From the NCBI RefSeq assembly GCF_009914755.1, contig NC_060939.1: 64,000 nt of DNA; one strand, given 5' to 3'. Shown piece by piece: positions 22,943 to 39,678 of the stretch. The notes below the pieces were generated by a model. That model was not told the origin of the DNA. It did no database searches and saw only the letters and a program-made list of their open reading frames with translations. This stretch comes from the human T2T-CHM13v2.0 reference genome, Homo sapiens. The first letter of the stretch is position 1; every line of letters starts with the position of its first letter. The position numbers and the translations under genes are program-made.

Positions 22943-23887
22943 TGTAAGGTCCAGCCCTACGGGGCTTAGCGGGTTTTCTCCCTGTGTGTGGAAACGAGAG
23001 ATTGTAAGAAATAAAGACACAAGACAAAGAGATAAAGAGAGAACAGCTGGGCCCGGGGCACTGCTACCACTGAGACACAGAGACCGGTAGTGGCCCCGAA
23101 TGGCTGGGCACACTGATATTTATTGCACACAAGACAAGGGGGGCAGGGTAGGGAGGGTGAGTCATCCAAGTGATTGATAAGGTCAAGCAAGTCATGTGAT
23201 CATCGGACGGGGGCTCTTCCCTCTAAGGTAGCCGAAGCAGAGAGGGAAGGCAGCATAAGTCAGCATTTTCTTCTATGCACTTATAAGAAAGATCAAAGAC
23301 TTTAAGACTTTCGCTATTTCTTCTACCGCTATCTACTACAAACTTCAAAGAGGAACCAGGAGTACAGGAGGAACATGAAAGTGGACAAGGAGCGTGACCA
23401 TTGAAGCACAGCACCACAGGGAGGGGTTTAGGCCTCCAGATGACTGCGGGCAGGCCTGGATAATATCCAGCCTCCTACAGGAAGCTGGTGGAGCAGAGTG
23501 TTCCCTGACTCCTCCAAGGAAAGGGAGACTCCCTTTTGCGGTCTGCTAAGTAACGGGTGCCTTCCCAGGCACTGGCGTTACCGCTTGACCAAGGAGCGCT
23601 CAAGCGGCCCTTATGCGGGCGTGACAGGGCTCACCTCTTGCCTTCTAGGTCACTTCTCAGAATGTCCCTTCAGTACCTGACCCTATACCCACCGGTTATT
23701 CCTAGGTTATATTGTACTACAATAAAGAGTAATATTAAAAACTAATGATTAATAATGTTTATACTAATAATCGATAATTGTCCATGATCATCTGTATATC
23801 TAATTTGTATTACAACTGTATAGCAGTATAGCTACAGTTTATGCCTTCAGTCTCTTGCCTCGGCACCTGGGTAATCCTTCGCCCACA
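22943..23887 (-). mobile_element. LTR13/LTR13A-type solo LTR (HERV-K13/HML-4) in FAH intron 1
   Basis: TG...CA ends, 945 bp. Reverse strand begins TGTGGGCGAAGGATTACCCAGGTGCCGAGGCAAGAG. Perfect 6-bp TSD CCAATC at 22937-22942 and 23888-23893. Confidence 0.9.
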
Positions 23888-25479
23888 CCAATCCCATGCT
23901 TCCCCCTCTATGTCAGGCTGGGAGTTGGGTAATGCTTTCCTTTGGACAACTTTATATCAGATATGACCAACTATTTTAAAACAAAGGCAATGCACATTCA
24001 TTCTCTTGAAGTTAGACAAATGCGGTCTCCCTCCTTAGTTTGTTTCCCTCAAGTTGCAGATGGGAAACTGAGGCCCAGAGACTTGTCCAAGGTGATAAGA
24101 TGGTGAATGAGGGAGCAGACTTGGAGCCCAGGAATCCTGGATCTGACCTGTGAGCCCCCTCTAGTTTTGTGCTGAAGAAAATAACTCCCAAGGTTGAAAG
24201 TAGAGGGACTCACTCTCTCAGACTTTTTCTGGGTCCTCAGGTCATAGTTTGAAGCACAAGTTTGAAGCTTCTAGGCTTTGTTTGCATTTGAGGCAGCAGG
24301 CAGCTGCACTTGTGACCCCATTTTGGAAGTTGCTTACTGGTGGTGACTCCTTCTTGCCTTCAGCTGGGGTGTGGGGACCAGGGTCAGAGATGTGGTCCAA
24401 GGGTCTGCCCTGCACATTCCCTGAATGGAAAGCCACTTGGATTCAGGTGGTTCAGCTCTTTGCCTAAAGCAGATTTGCCATTTTCAGGAGGGGAAGACTG
24501 AGGCCCAGGGAGTTGGCAGTGGGGCTGAGAATGAGTAACTAAGCTCTCCAGGCAGCCTCTTCTAGGGTAGGCTCTGCTGGGACCTCAGATGAGGAGTATG
24601 GCTCTGGTCTACCCCGATTCCAAGAGCTGACATGCGTGGAGAAATGGTCATCTTTTCTCAGCCCACCCCAGTGAGCAGCCAATGGAGATAAGGCCAGCCA
24701 ATAATCCCACCACTAAGCTCGCTGGCACTGAAATGGCCAAGCTGGTGGTTCAGGAGAGCTGGAAGCCTGGCTCAGGACAGAGCCCTGGGAAGTTGAGTCT
24801 GCAAACATGCCCTCGGGTTCTTGTTGACGAGCAAAGCTCAGGGTTGTGGGGACAAAGACCAGGACTTAACAAATATTTAAGACATCTTTGTTGATGCTGG
24901 GATTTTGTGGTACAGAAAGGAACTTGCCTTGCATGTTCTGAGCAGTCTGGCTTCCTGCAGCTCCCTTACAACCCGAGCTCTCCTCCATTTGAGCTACAAC
25001 AGAGCTCATTAATCCAAGCCACCTGGCCCTCAGCACTGTGTGTTGGGCACTCATGCTCCACCGCACAACTGAACTACCCTAGTCAAGGCCTAGAAACCTG
25101 GAAAATAATCCAACATCCTGGTAAGGTGGTAAGCTCCTCATCACTGGAGGCATTTATGTAATGCCTAGGGAACTTTGCAGGGGTCTTTGCCCAGGTTAAG
25201 TGGCTAGGACCAGGCTGACTGCTCTTCCCCCAGTCCAAGGGATATTTGATTTCTTTCCCATTCAGGGAACACAGATTATTTTTCCTTTTAGTTCTGGAAG
25301 CAGAGATGGCACAAGGGAGCTGGGGCAGGATGCTGAGAACATGGTTCTTCAGTCCGCTCTGCATACAGGGCCACCTAAAGGGGGACCTGTGGACTCTTCA
25401 ATAGACAGGCTTTCTGAGTAAATGAGCCAAGCCCAGCCAGGGGCTTTTTCTGGTGCTGACGGTGTCATCTTCCTCCTAG

Positions 25480-25617
<138 letters not shown>

Positions 25618-26377
25618 TGACCTCAGTGGCACTTACTGTGGATGCCAACAAGAGAATGCTCCTTGCGTTCCATTTCCGATAGAGGTAATGCCATCGAAGG
25701 TCTCAGAGGTTATACTTGGATAAGGCTGGGGTTGTTTTGAGACAGACAAACTGGTAGGAGGTGGCCTTGGGACAATTCAGGGTGGCTTCTCACCTCAGGG
25801 CGAGTTCCTAGGTGAAAAAAGTGTCAGTGTCTGCAGTCCTGGGTCGTTCCTAGTTGTCTATGAGATGAAGCTCTTCAGGAACTCTGGTTACTTTTCTTGT
25901 CAAGCTGTTTGAGCCTCTGCCTGTCCAAGGGCTGTGTGGGCCCCCAAGGGAGGGAGCTACGAGCCCAGCCCTCCAGTTCTGTGGAAGCAGCTACGGAGGA
26001 GTCAGCCTGAAGTACATGTTCACATGGGATGGACATGAATTTGCTTCCCTGTAAATGGTCATCTACTTTGATATAGCATCTTCTCATTGCATGGGTCAGG
26101 AAGGAGGGTGGGATTTATGGGTACCTCTTGTGTGCCAGGAGCTTCGCACACATCCTCTCCTTCAATCCTCCTGACCACCCTCTGGCATAGGAATTGGAAT
26201 TCCTATGGGGGCCTGAGCATCTAGATGGGGACCTGAACTTCTGGAATGAGACATGGTTTTCCCAAGCTGCACAGCTAGAAGTATCAGAGCTGGGACTGGA
26301 ACTCTGACTCTTAGAACCTACAAGGGCTTTTTCTGCTATGCTTCACTGGCTATAAAACCTCTTCCTTTTTTAAATTA

Positions 26378-26791
<414 letters not shown>

Positions 26792-27174
26792 CAAAACCTC
26801 TTCTTAACTGATGTGAAAGGAATTAGTTTAGGCTGTGATCACTCTGCAGACTGGAGTGTGCCTCTACTGGAAGAACATGGCCACCTTCAACTGTGGGCCG
26901 GGCCAAGCTTAGCACAGTTGCTGTGCCAGGTAGCAACTCCTGGGCTTGGACAATTGTGTGCAGGTGCACGAGGGCCTGAGGCAACGTCAAGAGAGGATAT
27001 GCTTTTCTCCAGGTTGATGAATAAATGACAAAACTAAGAGCAGAGGTCCTGAGAGTTTGAGTTAGCGGGAGAGAAGTGGCAAGGGCTGGCAGGCTGGCTG
27101 GCCTTCCATTGGAAGGAGGGATACTCCCTGGGTTTTCCTGTACGTGATCTTCTTTCTCCCTGTTTTGGTCTTAG

Positions 27175-27297
<123 letters not shown>

Positions 27298-27828
27298 TGA
27301 GAAGCACGTGGTCATAGGGGGGATGAGGGGATGCAGCAGGGGAGATGAAGGCTGTGTGGTTATCAGTGCCATTCTGAGTCACGGCTTGGCAGCCTTAGTG
27401 TGGCCAAGTCAGACCTGCCCTCATCCAGCCCCTGCCTGAGCTGCCTATTGATGGGAGGGCTTTGGGAGGACTGGGATTGCCTTGGCGCCTGGAATGGAGC
27501 TGCCCAAGCTAGGCCAGGCCAGGCCCATTGGCCCTCTCTCTTACTCAGGCTGTCCTCATTAGCATCATCTGTGACCTCATCTGGTTTCTAGAGTAGGAAA
27601 GAGTTTCCACTTGTCTAGTCCCATTTCCTAGGGTAGAATATAGAAACGGCTTCAGTGGGTGGATGTCCTCTCAGCTGTGAAAGGTTCAGCATAGCTCTGG
27701 CCCCAGGCCAGCCAGAAGGTGCCCACTGGAGATTGTGGATAATCTTGGGGATGGTCTGGGCTGAGCCCGTGGGTGGGACCGCGCTTTGCTGCCTACTTGA
27801 CTTTGAAGCCCCTGGTTCTGTGTTTCAG

Positions 27829-27878
27829 TGCATTCATCTCCCAGGCTTCTGCCACGATGCACCTTCCAGCCACCATAG
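27829..27878 (+). CDS. FAH: FAH exon 4 (AFISQASATMHLPATI)
   Basis: tttcag|TGC ... TAG|gtgagt; 50 nt. Confidence 0.98.
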
Positions 27879-29664
27879 GTGAGTGCAGTCTCTTCACCAA
27901 GATAAGAACGGAGCAGCTTCGTGGGCCAAGAGGGCTGGCCAGGTGCTTTGGTTCTGCATCTGGGTGGAGGGTCCCTGCTGGTGGGGGGAGATGGAGGAGG
28001 GGCTCTGGGGCTGTTACCCGCTCCTCATCACTGACCTTTCCCAGCATCCAGGCCCGGCATTCACTCAGGCTATTATCTTGCCTCAGGTAGTGAGTTGCAG
28101 ACTGCTCAAGTTCATGACTAGCCGCATGGCTCCCTGCACAGCAAATTGCTTTCCTTCCCCCAAAGGCTATGGGACAAATTCTCTGAGCTCAGTCTGTGAG
28201 TCAGCAGTTTTGAGGATAGAGGCCAGAGGGCTATGAAGGGCCCCAGTTTGAGCACGTGGCAGGATGTCTGGTTGGAGTGTCATTCAGGAAGTTGGAGCTG
28301 TTGAAACTCTCAACCTGAAGCAGAGAGAGAGGCTGGCTCAGCCTGCGGCCCAAAGCACAGCCCTCTTCCTTGTGCACAGGTCTCCTCTGCTGGGCTACCT
28401 GGGCACCTGTGAGCTGAGGGGCCAGTTGACCCTGCCCCTGGGGTACACTGCCTCTCTGGAACAGCTCCTGCTGTCCGGGGAGAGTCCTTTGCTGCTGGGC
28501 TGCTTGGGCTAAGCTGACTGGAGGATGGGGTTGGGGACAGGGGCCGAGTCACCTGCCTCCTCCCAGCCCCTCTCACTCCCCACTCTCATACACTCATGGG
28601 ACTGTGCTATGTTTTGGCAAACCAGCTGTTGTGCAAACCATATGTCTTTCAGGGATATCATGTCTGGTTGACTGATGGTGCCCTTTCTTGTTTTTTTTTT
28701 TTTTTGTTATGGATTTATTCTTTTGAAAAATCTCTCAGCTATTACTTCTGTGCAATGGGACTGAAGATGGGAAGCAGCAGCTAAGGCTCCACCTGCCCTG
28801 TGGACTTTTCTTCCTCTCCTCACCCTTCACCATGACTGTTGCTAGTCTAGGCTGTTGGTATTGATGAATATCCAGCATTTTTTTTTTTTGAGGAGACATT
28901 TAGGAAGATAAAACAGGCAGACTGTCCCAACTGGTTTTTCTTTCAGATTTTTAATTCTCCGAATGGTAGATATGCCTACAGCTTGCTGGCTAGCCCATTC
29001 AGTTCATCATAATCAACAGGCACTGATATGCATCTGCAGTGTGCAAGCCCTTGTCCTTGGCACTCGGGCAGAGTCCAAGAAAATGAGGACTGGGCTGGGG
29101 CTGTCCTGGAATGTCCACAGTCTAGCAAAGATGTGCACACACATAACTGGAGCACCAGTGGGAAGCGAAGCCTGCCCCAGAAGGATTCAGGGGAGGGGAT
29201 TTGGAGGGGGAAGAGATCCTGCTAGAGAGAGCAGGGAGGGCTTCAGGGAGGAGCGGGCCTCAAGGAGTTGCCAGGATTTGAATACACAGGGACAAGGGAG
29301 AAGTCAATCAGTATAGGCGTGGTGAGGGAGCCTGTGGGAACTCGGGAATGGCAGTTGTGTGTGGGAAAAGTGGGGAGCCTGAGAAGGGAGGTGGTATCAG
29401 CCACTTGGTGTTCACATTCCACTGTCAGTTTCAGAAAGTCTGGACTCCTGATTTCTTATTTGTTTCTCAGCTGAGGGCTCTAAAAACAAATCTTCAGTGA
29501 GGATATTTTATATTGCATTTGGTGCTGCCATTGCTGGCTGCAGGCTGAGCTCTGGATGTGTAAACAGTATTGTGTGCACACTCGTGGCTCCAGTGCTTGG
29601 AACAGTCCATTCTTCCTGAGGCATGTGGGTTGCTGATGGGATCTGTTGGGTCTTTCCTCTGCAG

Positions 29665-29755
29665 GAGACTACACAGACTTCTATTCCTCTCGGCAGCATG
29701 CTACCAACGTCGGAATCATGTTCAGGGACAAGGAGAATGCGTTGATGCCAAATTG
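29665..29755 (+). CDS. FAH: FAH exon 5 ([17 protein letters not shown]...MPN; includes D126 and H133)
   Basis: ctgcag|GAG ... TG|gtatga; 91 nt. Confidence 0.98.
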
Positions 29756-31478
29756 GTATGAACTGGGCCAAATGTCTGCATAAGTTCAAAGTCTTTCTTT
29801 TCATTTCCAGCAGCATATTTGCCTCAGGAGCTGCCAAGTTCTTCTTAAAGTAAACTGGGGAGGAAAAGCAGTTATGATGTTGCAACCTCTGGAAGCAGTG
29901 GTCTCAGCTTCTGGTCTCCTGCTCAGCTTGGCTTAGGACTTGCTGTGGGATCGAAGGGCAAGTCCCTTAAACTTCCTTGGACAGCAGGGGTTGGAATTAG
30001 ATTCCCTTAATCCCTATGCTCCTTCTGGAGTCTTTCATTTATAAGCTGTGTATTATTGTACTATGGGCAAGTCTTAGACTCTAGCATGCTCCATACTTAC
30101 ATTTTCTGATGAATGAGAATCCTCAAATGTGCCCAGTGCTGTATATTCCTCAACATGTGATCGGTTTCATTCATTTGTTTGATCCTCGTAGTAGTTCTCT
30201 GATGTCACAAGGCCATGATTGTAAGCCCCATTTTACAGACAGGAAAATGGGCTCAGAGAAGGATCAACTTGCCTGAGCACAACAGGGCCACAGCCTGTCT
30301 CCCAGCCCCCAGATCAGGCCATTGACCAAGCTGAGGATGCAGAGCTGGGATCCTTGCCCTTTGTTCTGTGTTGTCCCCTGGATGTGATGGTTCCTTGGAA
30401 CTGAAGAGGGCCTGGACTCAGTGGCAGGCATACACTCCAGGCCCCAGTGCCATCAGTCACACACAGGAGCTGGGTTAGGGACGGGGCTTTACTCTCTCTC
30501 GAGTGAGTGTCTCCAGTAGGCTATGCCATGAGGGGAGGGTCTGTTAGAACCAAGATGAGGAAGAAAGAAAGGGAGAGAGAGCAGTTCCAAGCCAGAGTTG
30601 TTGAACAACAAGGCCAAGGTTGCAGAATGAGGCAGGGGTGAATCTGAGACCAGAACCCAGGCTCCAGGTTCCAGGCTTCCACGTGAGATGCGCAAATATT
30701 TGAGAATCTTGCACTGTACAGGCTCCAGGCTGTATTTGTCCCCAGCCAGCTTCAACTTGTCTATCTGATGGGCTGAGTGTCTATATGAGTGTCCTTGGCA
30801 GTGATGACCCAGTGGACTGCCCAGCCCCAGAAGAGCTGGCTGTCACCTGTGTGCCAGGATCCCAGTGGCCAAAGGGCAGGGGCACCAGGAAGTGAGAGGA
30901 GAGTCGGGACCTGGGAAATGAGTGTTGACTGTGTCTGAAACCGAGTGTGGGGGCCGCAGCCATCCTTGCCCCATGTCCTTCTGCAGAATAAGAGTAAACA
31001 GGCCTTCTCTAGCCATGTTTGATGCAAGATGGCCCACAGCTGTGACTTTTTAGCTTTATGTACATAGTCTTTATTATAAAGGTAACATATATTTACTGGA
31101 ATTAACCCAAACACTACAGAAAATATGTAAACATTTACAATTAAAAATGTGTCTACTCTTTGACCTGCAATGCTCACTTTCATGCATCTATCCTACAGAA
31201 ATAAAAGCACCAGTGGGTTGTATCCAAGAGCAAGGATGTTAATTAGCAGAGTTTCTAGTGGCCCAGAACTGGAAGTAATCTGAATGCTTATCGGTGGAGG
31301 AATGGTTGAAAAATTGGTCTATTCACAATATGAAATGTTTTGCAGCTAGTGAAAGATTTAGATCAAGAAAGATGTGCACTGATCTGTGTTAAGTGAAATA
31401 GGTAAACTATAGGCAATTAGGTAAAGTGTGTCTCACTTTTATAAAAAAAGCACAAAAAATATATATGTACATACACAC

Positions 31479-31951
31479 TGTATTAGTTTTCTGTTGCTGC
31501 TGTAACAAATTACCACAAACTTGGTGGCTTAAAACACAAATATATTCTCTTCTAGTTCCGGAGGCCAGAAGTCAAAAATCAGTCTCACTGGCTAAAGTCA
31601 AGGTGTCAGCAGGGCTGGTTCCTTCTGGAGGCTCTAGGAGAGAACCCATTTCTTTGACTTTTCAGCTTTAGAGGTTGCCTGTATCCCTTGCCTTTTGACC
31701 CCTTCCTCATATCACTCCAACCACTTGCTTCTGCTGTTACATTTCCTACTTCCTCCTTTGACCTTGCCTCTGTCTATAAGGACCCTTGTGATTACATTTA
31801 GGGTTCACTCAAATAACCAGGGACAGTATCCCTATCTCAAGATCCCTAACTTAATCACACCTGCAAAACTCTTTTTGCCATGTAATAATATCCACAGGCT
31901 CCAGGGATTAGGATCTGGATATCTTTTGGAGGGCTATTTTTCAGCTTAACA
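31479..31951 (-). mobile_element. MLT1-type MaLR LTR
   Basis: tgtattagttt...gctgctgtaacaaattaccacaaacttggtggcttaaaac, the reverse-strand MLT1 signature. Confidence 0.8.
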
Positions 31952-32529
31952 CACACACACACACACGCATGTACACATGCACACACACACACTTATGCAT
32001 ACATTAGTTCCATAGGCCGGTATGAGCATAGAGAAAGGCAAAAAATATTAGACTCCAGATTAACATTGCTTTCCTCAGGGGAGTGGCCGGGTGGGGAGAG
32101 ATTACTAACTCCTTTTTTTCATCTGAATTGTTTGAATTATTACATGCCATGTAATTGCATGCAATGGAATTTTATAATTTAATCCAATAAAGGAACCAAG
32201 GTGGGTAAAAAAGGGAGCTCTTCCTCAGCCACTCACCAGAGGCAACTACTTTGAACAAGTTGGATGTGCCGCTTCCTGTACTTTGCTCCAGGTTACACAT
32301 GCATGACCACACGTATGCACGCATACATATGCATTTTATTTCTTTAGTTAACAAAACGAGGGCATGCTGAAATTTGCTTTTTTTACTTCATCATTGACAT
32401 ATCTCCATGTAGATAAGTTTAAATCTATCTCAGTCTTTTACAAAATAAGTTTTTTGGGGTAGGTAATACAAGACAATTACACAGTAAAATATCATTTTTA
32501 TAAAAAGATACAAAAATACAGTACAGTAG

Positions 32530-33292
<763 letters not shown>

Positions 33293-33540
33293 TTAGCTCC
33301 TTGGTGGTGCATGGTGACTTGTGTTATTACATGTTTTTGTATATCATAAATATTACAAAATAATTTATCAAACATTTAAAAAATTAAAAGCAACAAAAAC
33401 AGTCAATATATATATACATGGTTGAGAATTCAAAAGGTACTTAAGGGTAAACAATGAAAAAAACAGAACTCAACCACCTATGGGCCACCATCCAGTTCCC
33501 TTCTCCAGAGACAAAACTGTTAATCGGTGTCATACATATA

Positions 33541-35279
<1,739 letters not shown>

Positions 35280-35471
35280 TAATATTCCACTGTATGTATG
35301 TACCACAGTTTGTTTATCCATTCATCTGTGGATGGAAACTTGTAAGCACCTGTTGATTTTTGAGCCATGTGTATGTGGCGACTCTTTGTTTCTAGTTTTT
35401 GAAGTTTTTAAAGTTAATTGACAACATATAACAGCTCTGATGCCCTGCATTCTCTTGCCTTCCTTTCTCAG

Positions 35472-35569
35472 GCTGCACTTACCAGTGGGCTACCATGGCC
35501 GTGCCTCCTCTGTCGTGGTGTCTGGCACCCCAATCCGAAGGCCCATGGGACAGATGAAACCTGATGACT
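35472..35569 (+). CDS. FAH: FAH exon 6 ([32 protein letters not shown])
   Basis: tctcag|GCT ... ACT|gtgagt; 98 nt. Confidence 0.98.
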
Positions 35570-35683
35570 GTGAGTGACCGCAGCGTCCAGGCCTTGCTGG
35601 TGCCCAGCTCTCTGTTCCCACACAGAGAGTTCTGTGGCCTCACTCACAGCACCGTTTTTTTTTTTTTTCTGGTGTTATTCCAG

Positions 35684-35736
35684 CTAAGCCTCCCGTATAT
35701 GGTGCCTGCAAGCTCTTGGACATGGAGCTGGAAATG
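35684..35736 (+). CDS. FAH: FAH exon 7 (KPPVYGACKLLDMELEM; metal ligands E199, E201)
   Basis: ttccag|CTA ... ATG|gtaagt; 53 nt; preceded by a 114-nt intron containing a T14 run. Confidence 0.98.
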
Positions 35737-35888
35737 GTAAGTGAGCTTGATGTTTTATTGCCATGGGATCTATAGACACCCGGCAGGAGAGCCCTTTGGG
35801 ATGGCTCCCCGCACCATGAGCCGCCCACTCCCCTCCTCTTCAGCCACATCGGCAGCCGCTCTGTGTCCCCACCTGGCCATCAGAAGGA

Positions 35889-37252
<1,364 letters not shown>

Positions 37253-38489
37253 AGGGCTGCACACTTTTTTAAATTAAACTTTTTATTTTGAGGTCATTGT
37301 AGACTCACATGCAGTTGTGAGAAATAGTACAGAGATCCCAATACCCTTCACACAGTCTCCCCCAGTGGCAACATCCTTCGTAACCATGGTGCTCTATCAC
37401 AACCTGGATGTTGATGTTGGTACAGTCGGTCCCACCACCTGAGGATCCCTCATGCTGCCCATTTTTCAGAGGGGACACTGAAATCTGGGCAGCCCCCAAG
37501 GTGAGGGGACCAGGGAAGTGATGGAAAGGAGGAGCTGACCTGGGGGAGGCAGCGCTCCGGGGACCTGGCAGGGTCTTCAGCATCTGCTGGGTTGTCTGAT
37601 GCCCAAGGTTGGAGTCAGTCTCCGTGTGGGAAATGCAGACAGGCAGATGGAGGGGGCTTTCCCATAGTCAGCACCTACAGTTTTAGGCGTTGCCTCAGGA
37701 AGCTCTGAGTGCCTCATCACTGATGGTGTAGAAGAAGCTGTCATGGGGCCACCGAGTCAGGCTGAGACAGTGGGAAGCCCTGGTTGGTAGAGGCAGGCTG
37801 AAAGGCCCGTCTGCTTTTCTGGAGCTCCCTGTCTCTCCTGGGCTTCCCTGTGATTTCTCTGGATTCAGTCCAGAGGAGGGAAATGAGTGGGCACTGCCGA
37901 ATAGCCCGTGGATAGCAGGGCATTCCCTGCCAGCCCTCTGCCTCCTCCTGCCTTAGCAAGGGTACTATGTGAGACTGCGGGAGGAGGACCCCCAGCTGAG
38001 ATTCATCAGAGCAGGGCATCTGAGCCCTGGTTTGGGGCCATGGTCTTCTCTCTGGGAGAACTAAGGACTCTGCAGGCAGACACTTCACCTGTTGAGAGGG
38101 AGAGAGAAAAGACAGAGAGTCAGCATGTGGAGAAATGGTTGGGGCAGAGAGCCCAGGTCACCTGGACTAGTGCTTTTGGGTTCTTTTTTTCATCTTGATG
38201 AAAAATTTGCAATGTTTAACTATTGTCACAGAACAAATAAAATGGTGACTAAGTTTTGCAAATGTCATGGCTGAGTCTATGTTTTTCAAAGAGATTTTCC
38301 CAAATTTTTCTTTCTAATGATGCCTGGCTAGTCTGCTGGTTCATGGACATCACGTTGGTGCTGTTTTTCTTTAGAGGTAGTGGGATGACAGATAGGGGTT
38401 AGAGGCCGTGGGGTGTGCTCTCTCTGGTACTATTTGCTGCATGAAGGAGGCAGTCTTTTGGTTTTTCATTTTTCATTAAAAAAATTTAT

Positions 38490-38876
38490 TTTTTATTTTT
38501 TATTTTTATTTTTAAATTTTATTATTATTATACTTTAAGTTTTAGGGTACATGTGCACAACGTGCAGGTTTGTTACATATGTATACATGTGCCATGTTGG
38601 CGTGCTGCACCCATTAAGTCGTCATTTAGCATTAGGTATATCTCCTAATGCTATCCCTCCCTCCTCCCCCCACCCCACAACAGACTGGATTAAGAAAATG
38701 TGGCACATATACACCATGGAATACTATGCAGCCATAAAAAATGATGAGTTCATGTCCTTTGCCTACAAAGGCATGAACATGGATGAAACTGGAAACCATC
38801 ATTCTCAGCAAACTATTGCAAGGACAAAAAACCAAACACTGCATGTTCTCACTCATAGGTGGGAATTGAGCAATGA
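38490..38876 (-). mobile_element. Short 5'-inverted L1PA insertion
   Basis: Up to 38683 is the L1PA 3' terminus on the minus strand; 38684-38876 is the adjacent upstream L1 segment on the plus strand. Confidence 0.9.
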
Positions 38877-38879
38877 AAA

Positions 38880-39190
38880 TTTTTATTTATTTTATTTTTT
38901 TATTTTTTGAGACAGGGTCTTGCTCTGTCACCCAGGCTGGAGTGCCGTGGCGTGATCTCGGCCTGCTGCAGCCTTGACCTCCCTGGCTCAAGCAATCTTC
39001 CCACATAAGCCTCCCAAGTAGCTGGGACTGCGGACATGTGCCACCATGCCTGGCTAATTTTGTTTATTTTTTGTAGAGGTGGGGTCTCACTATGTTGCTC
39101 AGGCTTGTCTCAAACTCCGAGGCTCAAGTGATCCTTCCACCTCAGCCTCCCAAAGTGCTGAGATTATAGACGTGAGCCACAGTGCCTGGC
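38880..39190 (-). mobile_element. Antisense AluJ-like element
   Basis: Reverse Alu consensus. Confidence 0.9.
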
Positions 39191-39578
39191 CTGGTTTTTC
39201 ATGACATGAATACAAACCCTGATAGTTTCAGTTTTACAAGCCTCATGTGGCTGTCAAGTCTTGAAAGGCAAAGGCTGTATGGGATGAAGAGGAAAGAGCA
39301 GAGTGGCCTGGGATGCACTGAAGGGAGGGGAGGCTGCTTTGGAGCTCAGGGGAGTGGAAGGAAGGCCGATGGCGGGGGCAGGGCACACCACTGCACTCTG
39401 CTTTCCTGAGGCGTCCATCTGACCTCTGACTTAGAAACACAGTGGATTCATGCCAGGCCCCTGTGGCAGTCCTGGTCCATGGCTGGAGTTTGGAAATACC
39501 TGACCTTTGCTCTCTAGGTGACAAGTGACCTGGGCGGCAGATCAGCTCCAGATTCTAATGAACTCTCCCCCATGTAAG

Positions 39579-39678
39579 GCTTTTTTTGTAGGCCCTGGAA
39601 ACAGATTGGGAGAGCCGATCCCCATTTCCAAGGCCCATGAGCACATTTTTGGAATGGTCCTTATGAACGACTGGAGTG
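39579..39678 (+). CDS. FAH: FAH exon 8 ([11 protein letters not shown]...MNDWS)
   Basis: atgtaag|GCT (AAG acceptor) ... GTG|gtaatt; 100 nt. Confidence 0.97.

Noticed and set aside
35570-35683. In-frame retention of the 114-nt intron 6 (a multiple of 3)
   Set aside because: It reads TGT GAG TGA, an immediate in-frame stop, so it cannot yield an extended protein.
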